In this document: one piece after another, positions 57,256-64,000 of the stretch | Position numbering within the stretch: the stretch's first letter is position 1 | How the letters are laid out: the number at the start of each line of letters is the position of its first letter | Origin: an uncultured Actinomycetota bacterium | GTDB lineage: Bacteria > Actinomycetota > Actinomycetes > Propionibacteriales > Nocardioidaceae | Direction: 5' to 3' | NCBI GenBank assembly: GCA_963812055.1 | Contig: CAWEUA010000017.1 | Coordinates: 16,253 to 80,252, forward strand | DNA length: 64,000 bases | Translations under genes and position numbers: made by a program | Notes under the pieces: model-generated | The model's input: the letters and a program-made list of their open reading frames with translations, nothing else | What the model was told of the DNA's origin: nothing | Databases searched by the model: none

Positions 57256-58839
57256 ATGACGGGGGACCTGGTCGCCGGCATCGACATCGGCAACGCGACC
57301 ACCGAGATCGTCTTCGCGCGCTCTGCTCAGGGCAGACTCACGCCGGTCCTGGCCGAGCAGGTCCCCACCCGCGGCGCGAAGGGTTCGGCGACGTCGGTCA
57401 CGGCCGCGGCCGCCCTGGTCCGGCGGATGTCCGAGCGGCTGGGCGAGCCGCCGGTCCGGGGGGCCGTCGCCCGACTGACGCCGGTGCACACCGGGGTCGT
57501 CAGCGGCGTCGCGGCTGGAGCCGACACCGGCCGGCTGTCCGTCGTCCCGGTCGAGGGGCGGACGCTGGTCCACGCCGGCGCGGCCGTCGGGCGGGGCGTC
57601 TGGGTCGACCAGCTCGAGAGTGCGACCGGACCGGTCGTCGCCCTGGTCCGGTCGGGGACCGGGTACGCCGAGGCCGCCGCTGCCGTGAACCGGGCGGCCG
57701 CCGACGTCGTCGCCGTGGCCCTGGCCGACGACGAGGCGGTGCTGGTCGGCAACCGGTTGGAGTCGCGGGTCCCGGTGCTCGACCAGGTGCCGGTCGAGCG
57801 GCTCGCGGCCGCCTCCCGCGTCGCCCTGGAGGTGGCTTCTCCGGGCGGCGCGCTGGCGCGGGTCGTCGACCCGCTGTGGCTCTCGTCGGAGCTCGGCCTC
57901 GACGCCGCGGACCGGTCCCTTGCGGCGACGGCCGCGTCGCAGCTCGCCGGGCGGTCGTCGGGTCTCGTGCTGCTGGAGACGTCTCCAGCAGCTTCATCCG
58001 CCACGCCGGACGACCTCTCCGCGGTCGTGCGGGTCGAGGGCGGATGGCGCCTGGCCGACACCCGCACGACGTACGCCGACCTGGCTGTGGTCGACGTCAC
58101 CGAGATCGCGTGGCCGCACGAGCCCGGCGACCACCGGCTGGCCGCGGCGTACCTCGCCGGCGAGGAGTCGGCGGTCGACCCGTCCGCCGCGCTCGCCGAG
58201 CGGCTCGGCTTCCCGGTCGAGCTGGTGACGGACGAGGCGGGGATGGCCGAGCTCGGCGCGGCGAGCACGCCGGGCGCCGATCCGGACGCGGCGGTGCTCG
58301 ACCTGGGTGCCGGCACGGCCGATCTCGTGGTGGCCGGGGCCGCGGAGACCCGGGCCGGGTGCGGAGCGCTGCTGACGCTGGCGGTCGCGCAGGCGCTCGG
58401 GATCACGCGAGGGTCGGCGGAGTGGGTGAAGCGCGGCCCGTGCGTCCGGGTCGAGGGTCCGACGGTGCGGGTGGCCGAGACGGGGGAGCGGTACCTCGAC
58501 GACACTCCCGCGCCGTCCTCGGCGATCGGCCGGCTCGCCGTACCCGGACCCGCCGGCCTGCTCGGCTTCGGCGCGGAGCTCCCCGCGGCGTCGTGGCGCG
58601 CGGCCCGGTGGGCGCTGAAGGAGGCGGTGCTCGGTCGGGCGCTGCGCGAGACCGGGCTGACGCTGCCCGCCACGCTGGTCGTGGTCGGTGGTCCCGCCGG
58701 CGACGACGAGGCGCTGACCGCCGTCTCCGCCCTGGTCCCTCCCGGCACCGTGGTCGGCCGGGCGAACGTCGCCGGCGTCCTCGGTCACCGTCACGCCGTC
58801 GCGTGGGGCCTCGCCCTCACCGCCGCATCTCGCTTGTAA
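57256..58839 (+). CDS. pduG: Diol dehydratase reactivase alpha subunit (PduG/DdrA-like)
   Basis: AGIDIGNATTE, TRGAKGS, LADDEAVLVGNRL, VLDLGAGTAD, VVVGG, HAVAWGL. Confidence 0.82.
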   Translation: MTGDLVAGIDIGNATTEIVFARSAQGRLTPVLAEQVPTRGAKGSATSVTAAAALVRRMSERLGEPPVRGAVARLTPVHTGVVSGVAAGADTGRLSVVPVEGRTLVHAGAAVGRGVWVDQLESATGPVVALVRSGTGYAEAAAAVNRAAADVVAVALADDEAVLVGNRLESRVPVLDQVPVERLAAASRVALEVASPGGALARVVDPLWLSSELGLDAADRSLAATAASQLAGRSSGLVLLETSPAASSATPDDLSAVVRVEGGWRLADTRTTYADLAVVDVTEIAWPHEPGDHRLAAAYLAGEESAVDPSAALAERLGFPVELVTDEAGMAELGAASTPGADPDAAVLDLGAGTADLVVAGAAETRAGCGALLTLAVAQALGITRGSAEWVKRGPCVRVEGPTVRVAETGERYLDDTPAPSSAIGRLAVPGPAGLLGFGAELPAASWRAARWALKEAVLGRALRETGLTLPATLVVVGGPAGDDEALTAVSALVPPGTVVGRANVAGVLGHRHAVAWGLALTAASRL

Positions 58840-58906
58840 CACGCCGTCCAGAGCTGTTCCACGTCGTTGCGTCGGCGTGGAAGAGCTGTGGACAGCGTGT
58901 TACAAG
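58833..58906. terminator. Long imperfect hairpin between convergent reactivase and MocR genes
   Basis: CTTGTAACACGC (58833-58844) / GCGTGTTACAAG (58895-58906) with inner TTCCACG/CGTGGAA pairing. Confidence 0.55.
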
Positions 58907-58907
58907 G

Positions 58908-60242
58908 TCAGCGATGCCCGGCCCAGGTGCCGGCGCGGGCGGCGTCGGCGACCAGGTCGGCGACGCCGTCGTGGGAGCCGTTCAGCGAGGAGGTGGTGAT
59001 CCGGATGTGGTCGGACCCGGGCGGGGAGATCCAGAACGGGTCGCCGCTCGCGGCGCGGACGCCGGCCGCGGCCAGGTGGAGCAGCGCCGCGCCTTGCTCG
59101 GCCACCGGCACCCAGACGTTGATCCCGTCGCGGCCGGGCACCTCGACCCCGCGACCCGCGAGCGCGTCGACCATCGCGGCCGTCCGGGCGGCGTACGTCG
59201 CCTGCGCGTCCGCCACGAGCGTCCGCGAGGACTCGTCGGTGAGCAGGTCGAGCAGGATCGACTGCACCAGCCGGCTGCTCCATCCCTGCCCGAGGTAACG
59301 CCGCTCCACGATCGGCCCGACGATGCGCGCCGGCCCCCCGATGGCGGCGAGCCGCAGGTCCGGACCATGGGTCTTGGAGAAGCTCCGCACGAGCACGGTG
59401 CGGTCGGGGAGCAGGCTTCCCAGCGACACGGGAGACCCGGACGGCGTGCCCCCGGCCGAGTCGTCCTCGACCACGAGGACGTCCCGACCCACGAGCGCGG
59501 CGGCCAAGTCCTCGGCTCGTGACTGCGACAGCGACTGACCCGACGGGTTCTGCCCCCACGGCTGGAAGAAGAGGACCTTCGCGCCGGCGTCCATGGCGGC
59601 CACGGCATCCGCGACCACCGGCCCCTCGGCGTCGTACCCGACCGCGATCGGAACGGCGCCCGCCATCTCCAGGAGGTCGAGCAGCGGGGGGAAGCACGGC
59701 TGCTCGACCGCGACCCGGTCGCCGAACCGCAGGTGCGCGGCGACGAACTGGCTGTGGGCGTCCATGGCCCCGTCCACGACGGTCAGGGCCTCGACCGGGT
59801 TGGGCCACGACTCCTCCAGCACCGCGCGCAGGGCGGGCACGACGGGCTCCTCGAGGTAGGAGTGCGCCGTGTCGTCCCGTGGCACGCGCTGCATCGCGGC
59901 GTGCAGGTCGGGCAGGAGGCGCGGATCGGGGAGTCCGGTCGAGAGGTCGACCCGGTAGCCCGCGTGGGAGTCGAGCGCGCGACGGTAGCGACGCGGCCCG
60001 ACCGACGCCTCGCGCACCCGCGTGCCGCGACGGCCGTCGGTCTCGATCAGCCCGGCCCGCGCGAGCTGCGACCAGGCAGCGCTGATGGTGGCAGGAGCGA
60101 CCTGGAGGTCGCGGGCCACCCGGCGGATCGGGGGGAGTCGCTCGCCGGGTCGCAGGACGCCGCGGTCGATGCCGGCGGACAGGGCGAGGGCGATGCCCTT
60201 CGCCGAGTGGTCGTCCACCGCATCGACCAGCTCCTGCCACAT
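58908..60242 (-). CDS. MocR/GabR-family PLP-dependent transcriptional regulator (GntR HTH + aminotransferase-like domain)
   Basis: GERLPPIRRVARDLQVAPATISAAW, GRRGTRV, EQPCFP, QNPSG, VEDD, RSFSKTHGPDLRLA. Alternative start 60254. Confidence 0.9.
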   Translation of the reverse strand: MWQELVDAVDDHSAKGIALALSAGIDRGVLRPGERLPPIRRVARDLQVAPATISAAWSQLARAGLIETDGRRGTRVREASVGPRRYRRALDSHAGYRVDLSTGLPDPRLLPDLHAAMQRVPRDDTAHSYLEEPVVPALRAVLEESWPNPVEALTVVDGAMDAHSQFVAAHLRFGDRVAVEQPCFPPLLDLLEMAGAVPIAVGYDAEGPVVADAVAAMDAGAKVLFFQPWGQNPSGQSLSQSRAEDLAAALVGRDVLVVEDDSAGGTPSGSPVSLGSLLPDRTVLVRSFSKTHGPDLRLAAIGGPARIVGPIVERRYLGQGWSSRLVQSILLDLLTDESSRTLVADAQATYAARTAAMVDALAGRGVEVPGRDGINVWVPVAEQGAALLHLAAAGVRAASGDPFWISPPGSDHIRITTSSLNGSHDGVADLVADAARAGTWAGHR

Positions 60243-60272
60243 GTTTTGTAACATAGCAATGAAAGCATTGCT
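60241..60272. promoter_or_regulatory. Candidate MocR operator palindromes in the divergent promoter
   Basis: ATGTT-TTGT-AACAT (60241-60254) and AGCAATG-AAAG-CATTGCT (60255-60272). Confidence 0.5.
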
Positions 60273-60303
60273 CCAGGTAGGGGTAGGTCGATATTTTCAT
60301 CCC

Positions 60304-61794
60304 ATGACCACCCGGATCCCCCACTGGACCAATGGCGCCGCGACCCAGGGCGGCTCCGGCCGCTCCGGCGCCGTCTTCAACCCCGCGACGGGCGAGCAGA
60401 CCGGCGAGGTCGACCTCGCCAGTGCCGCCGAGCTCGACGCCGCCGTCGCGAGCGCGACCGAGGCCGCCGCCATCTGGCGGTCGGCGTCGCTCGCCACCCG
60501 CACCGGCGTCCTCTTCAAGTTCCGCGAGCTGCTCGCGTCGTCCATGGACGAGCTGGCCGAGATCGTCACCGCCGAGCACGGCAAGGTGCTCTCGGACGCC
60601 AAGGGCGAGATCCAGCGCGGGCTCGAGAACGTCGAGTACGCCTGCGGCGTGGCCGACCACATGAAGGGTGGCTACTCCGAGCAGGCCGGCACCGGCGTGG
60701 ACGTCTACTCGATCCGCCAGCCCCTGGGCGTGGTCGCCGGCATCACGCCGTTCAACTTCCCGGTCATGGTGCCGCTGTGGATGTGTGCCAACGCGATCGC
60801 GACCGGCAACGCCTTCATCCTCAAGCCGAGCGAGAAGGACCCGTCGGCCTCGCTGTTCCTGGCCGAGCTGTGGAAGAAGGCCGGCCTCCCCGACGGCGTC
60901 TTCTCCGTCGTCAACGGCGACAAGGAGGCGGTCGACGCGATTCTCGGCCACGCGGGCATCGCCGCGGTGAGCTTCGTCGGCTCCACCCCGATCGCGCGTT
61001 ACATCTACGAGACCGGCACCCGCAACGGCAAGCGTGTCCAGGCCCTCGGCGGCGCGAAGAACCACATGCTCGTGCTGCCCGACGCCGATGTCGAGATGGC
61101 CGCGGATGCTGCCGTCTCGGCGGCGTACGGCGCGGCGGGCGAGCGCTGCATGGCGATCTCCGTGGCCGTGGCGGTCGGCGACGTGGCCGACCCACTGGTC
61201 GACGCGATCGCCGCCCGCCTGCCCAAGCTCCGCATCGGCGACGGCACCGACCCCGACTCCGAGATGGGTCCCTTGATCACCCGCGAGCACCGCGACAAGG
61301 TCGCCGACTACATCCGGCAGGGCGTCGAGTCCGGCGCGACCGCGGTGGTCGACGGCCGCGAGGCCGACGTCCCGAGCGACGGCTTCTTCCTCGGTACGAC
61401 GCTCCTGGACAAGGTCAGCCCCGAGATGACCGTCTACACCGACGAGATCTTCGGACCGGTGCTCTGCGTCGTCCGGCAGGAGTCGTACGACGACGCGATC
61501 GAGCTGATCAACAGCAACCCGTTCGCCAACGGCACCGCGATCTTCACCCGCGACGGCGGCGCCGCCCGGCGGTACCAGTTCGACGTCGAGGTCGGCATGG
61601 TCGGCGTCAACGTCCCGATCCCGGTCCCGGTGTCCTACTACTCGTTCGGTGGCTGGAAGGCGTCGCTGTTCGGCGACACCCACATGTACGGGCCCGAGGG
61701 GATCGCCTTCTACACCCGCGGCAAGGTGGTCACGTCGCGCTGGCCCGACCCGGCCACGTCGACGATCGACCTCGGCTTCCCGACCCACCGCTGA
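60304..61794 (+). CDS. mmsA: CoA-acylating (methyl)malonate-semialdehyde dehydrogenase
   Basis: ITPFNFPVMVPLW, KPSEKDP, FVGSTP, QALGGAKNH, YGAAGERCMA, EIFGPVL, VGVNVPIPVP, FGGWKASLFGD, KVVTSRWP. Confidence 0.93.
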   Translation: MTTRIPHWTNGAATQGGSGRSGAVFNPATGEQTGEVDLASAAELDAAVASATEAAAIWRSASLATRTGVLFKFRELLASSMDELAEIVTAEHGKVLSDAKGEIQRGLENVEYACGVADHMKGGYSEQAGTGVDVYSIRQPLGVVAGITPFNFPVMVPLWMCANAIATGNAFILKPSEKDPSASLFLAELWKKAGLPDGVFSVVNGDKEAVDAILGHAGIAAVSFVGSTPIARYIYETGTRNGKRVQALGGAKNHMLVLPDADVEMAADAAVSAAYGAAGERCMAISVAVAVGDVADPLVDAIAARLPKLRIGDGTDPDSEMGPLITREHRDKVADYIRQGVESGATAVVDGREADVPSDGFFLGTTLLDKVSPEMTVYTDEIFGPVLCVVRQESYDDAIELINSNPFANGTAIFTRDGGAARRYQFDVEVGMVGVNVPIPVPVSYYSFGGWKASLFGDTHMYGPEGIAFYTRGKVVTSRWPDPATSTIDLGFPTHR

Positions 61795-61823
61795 CGACCG
61801 GCTCGACCCACGAAGGAGTACCC

Positions 61824-63206
61824 ATGACCCCGACGTACGACGGTCCGCTCGCCGGCATCCCGGCCGACGAGGAGTCGGTCCGGAAGCTGGACCGCACCCA
61901 CGTGTTCCACTCGTGGTCGGCGCAGGCGCTGATCGACCCGCTGCCGATCGCGACCGCGTCCGGGTCGCGGTTCACCGACTACGAGGGGAAGTCCTACCTC
62001 GACTTCTCCAGCCAGCTGGTGAACGTCAACATCGGCTACCAGCACCCCAAGCTGGTGCAGGCGATCGCCGACTACGCCCAGCAGATGACGACCATCCAGC
62101 CGGCGTTCGCCAACGACGCCCGGTCGGAGGCGGCTCGGCTGATCACCGAGGTCGCGGGGCACGACCTGAACCAGGTGTTCTTCACCAACGCCGGAGCCGA
62201 GGCCAACGAGAACGCCGTCCGGCTCGCCCGGCTCCACACCGGGCGCCCGAAGATCCTGGCGATGTACCGGAGCTACCACGGCGCCACCCACGGCGTCATC
62301 GGGCTGACCGGCGACCCGCGCCGCTGGGGCACCGAGCCGCACACCATCCCCGGGATCGTGCACTTCTGGGGTCCCTACCCCTATCGGTCGGCCTTCCACT
62401 CGTCCACGCCCGAGGAGGAGACGACCCGGGCGCTGCAGCACCTGCGCGAGACGATCATGGTCGAGGGCGCGAACACGATCGCGGCGATCATCCTGGAGCC
62501 CGTCGTCGGCACCAACGGCATCCTGGTGCCCCCGCCGGGCTACCTCGCCGGCGTGCGCGAGATCTGCGACGAGCACGGCATCCTGCTGATCGCCGACGAG
62601 GTGATGGCCGGGTTCGGGCGCTGCGGTGAGTGGTTCGCGATGCAGCACTGGGACGTCCGGCCCGACCTGATCTCCTTCGCCAAGGGCGTCAACTCCGGCT
62701 ACGTGCCGCTCGGCGGCGTCGTCATCAGTGACCCGGTGGCCGAGACCTTCCAGCAGCGCGCCTACCCCGGCGGCCTCACCTACTCCGGCCACCCGCTCGC
62801 CTGTGCCAGCGCGGTCGCGTCGATCGAGATCTTCAAGGAGGAGGGGATCATCGAGAACGCCCGGAAGCTCGGCACGGACGTGATCGGCCCCGAGCTGGCG
62901 AAGATCGCCGACCGCCATCCCTCCGTCGGCGACGTCCGCGGGCTCGGTGTGTTCTGGGCGGTCGAGCTGGTCAAGGACCGCGAGACGCGCGAGCCCCTGG
63001 TGCCCTACAACGCGGCGGGTGAGGCGGCAGCCCCGATGAACGCCTTCGCCGGTGCCTGCAAGCAGCGTGGTCTCTGGCCCATGACGCACTTCAACCGCAC
63101 CCACGTCGTCCCGCCGTGCACGATCACCGAGCAGGACCTCAGGGAGGGCCTGGCCGCGCTCGACGAGGCGCTCGACACCGCCGACTCGTACTACACCGGC
63201 AGCTGA
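61824..63206 (+). CDS. Class III omega-amino-acid aminotransferase (beta-alanine/taurine:pyruvate-type candidate)
   Basis: VFHSWSAQ, YLDFSSQLVNVNIG, RSYHGAT, EPVVGTNG, DEVMAGFGR, FAKGVNSGY, GGLTYSGHPLA. Confidence 0.9.
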   Translation: MTPTYDGPLAGIPADEESVRKLDRTHVFHSWSAQALIDPLPIATASGSRFTDYEGKSYLDFSSQLVNVNIGYQHPKLVQAIADYAQQMTTIQPAFANDARSEAARLITEVAGHDLNQVFFTNAGAEANENAVRLARLHTGRPKILAMYRSYHGATHGVIGLTGDPRRWGTEPHTIPGIVHFWGPYPYRSAFHSSTPEEETTRALQHLRETIMVEGANTIAAIILEPVVGTNGILVPPPGYLAGVREICDEHGILLIADEVMAGFGRCGEWFAMQHWDVRPDLISFAKGVNSGYVPLGGVVISDPVAETFQQRAYPGGLTYSGHPLACASAVASIEIFKEEGIIENARKLGTDVIGPELAKIADRHPSVGDVRGLGVFWAVELVKDRETREPLVPYNAAGEAAAPMNAFAGACKQRGLWPMTHFNRTHVVPPCTITEQDLREGLAALDEALDTADSYYTGS

Positions 63207-63238
63207 TCCCACCCCGGGGACGACGGCGGCGACTTCCA

Positions 63239-63300
63239 ACTAACTGGCATACAGGCGACGTTCTCCACGGGCGATTCACGTCGCCTGTATGCCAGTTAGT
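63239..63300. repeat. 23-bp perfect inverted repeat (REP/MITE-like or terminator)
   Basis: ACTAACTGGCATACAGGCGACGT (63239-63261) / ACGTCGCCTGTATGCCAGTTAGT (63278-63300), 16-nt loop. Confidence 0.8.
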
Positions 63301-63390
63301 GGACGGCGTACACCTCGAGGTCGATCCCGTCGGGGTCGGACACCACGAGGTGGCGCGGCCCGGAGTCCTCGACAGCTCGGACGGGGTGAC
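63296..63390 (-). pseudogene. Possible C-terminal remnant of a VOC-family gene
   Basis: Reads ...GHPVRAVEDSGPRHLVVSDPDGIDLEVYAVH* with an in-frame stop shortly upstream and no start. Confidence 0.3.
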
Positions 63391-63457
63391 CGGCCTGACG
63401 CGAGCAAGGACGCCGCCGGCCCCGCTCGCTACCCTCGCCCCATGAGGAGGCGTCGCC

Positions 63458-64000
63458 ATGGCCGACTGCTGTGACCAGGACTCCGCGTCAGCGGACTACT
63501 TCGACCTGGGCCGTCACCACCGCCGGGTCTCCACGACCTCGGCGGAGGCGCAGACCTGGTTCGACCGGGGGCTCGCCTGGACCTACGGCTTCCACCACGA
63601 GGAGGCCCAGCGCTGCTTCGAGCGCGCCGTCGAGGCCGACCCGGAGTGCGCGATGGCCCACTGGGGCATCGCCTACGTCGTCGGCCCGAACTACAACTAC
63701 GCCTGGGACGACTTCGATCCCGCCAGCCTCAGCTCGTCGCTGTCCACGGCACGGGTCGCGCGCGAGAACGCCGAACGGCTCGCCGCCCGGACCACCGAGG
63801 TCGAGCAGGCGCTGATCGCGACCCTCGCGGCTCGGTATCCCGTCACCGACGCCGCCGAGGCCGACCCGGGCTGGTGCGAGGGGCACGCCGCGGCGATGCG
63901 GACGGCGTACCGGCGCTTCCCGGACGACCTCGACGTCGCCGCCCTCTTCGCCGAGTCCCTGATGAACGTGACGCCCTGGCAGATGTGGGACCTGCCGACC
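63458..64000 (+). CDS. Tetratricopeptide-repeat protein, partial (runs off the window)
   Basis: GAGGAGG RBS; YFDLG, AQTWFDRGLAWTYGFHHEEA, CAMAHWGIAYVVGPNYN, LFAESLMNVTPWQMW. Confidence 0.8.
   Translation, partial: MADCCDQDSASADYFDLGRHHRRVSTTSAEAQTWFDRGLAWTYGFHHEEAQRCFERAVEADPECAMAHWGIAYVVGPNYNYAWDDFDPASLSSSLSTARVARENAERLAARTTEVEQALIATLAARYPVTDAAEADPGWCEGHAAAMRTAYRRFPDDLDVAALFAESLMNVTPWQMWDLPT

Noticed and set aside
43434-58839. Calling the locus a canonical pdu or eut microcompartment
   Set aside because: No ethanolamine ammonia-lyase, PduL/PduQ/PduW or PduB/J/K-type shell set. The shell and enzyme set is RMM-type and the dehydratase is on a separate divergent operon.
60777-61823. 809-aa fusion ORF ending in the aminotransferase (likewise the N-extensions of 3591-5840, 21500-23473, 37202-39154, 47337-48374)
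   Set aside because: The upstream parts overlap other real genes in a different frame; true starts lie downstream with an RBS, a -10 box or stop-start coupling.
43200-63450. Integrative element or prophage carrying the catabolic region
   Set aside because: No integrase, transposase, tRNA target or matching direct repeats at both ends were seen, and composition is not obviously different from the backbone.

Overview
High-GC actinobacterial chromosome segment; gene content and order look Nocardioides-like (inference). The left two-thirds is a conserved housekeeping backbone (CIRCE-hrcA-dnaJ-rsmE ... phoH-ybeY-CNNM/hemolysin-cdd-like ... era ... leuA ... recO-uppS ... zur-znuBCA). It is interrupted by small accessory blocks: GNATs, VOC, MFS, methyltransferases, a Cfa/FAD-oxidoreductase methyl-branched-lipid pair, a polyamine-type ABC transporter, and a PHM-like copper monooxygenase. 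From about 43.4 kb lies a ~20 kb catabolic region. On the minus strand is a complete RMM/aminoacetone-utilisation-type microcompartment operon (class III PLP enzyme, acylating aldehyde dehydrogenase with encapsulation peptide, 2 BMC-T, BMC-H, BMC-P, amino-alcohol kinase, amino-alcohol dehydrogenase, GntR). Divergent from it is an operon encoding an APC permease, an amidase, a GlcG heme protein, a B12 diol-dehydratase-family enzyme with fused large+medium subunits, its small subunit and a reactivase. A MocR-controlled semialdehyde dehydrogenase/omega-aminotransferase pair follows. The dehydratase keeps the core catalytic residues but has Asp and Ala at the positions I align to Ser301 and Gln336 of Klebsiella diol dehydratase, which suggests an amino-diol substrate (inference). 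Also seen: a Leu leader-peptide attenuator, tandem Zur boxes, a relic duplicate of the uppS 3' end, a deletion scar, extragenic repeats, and five single-base frameshifts that look like assembly errors. No rRNA, tRNA, CRISPR or integrase/transposase was recognised. All family calls come from motif recognition by eye, not database searches.
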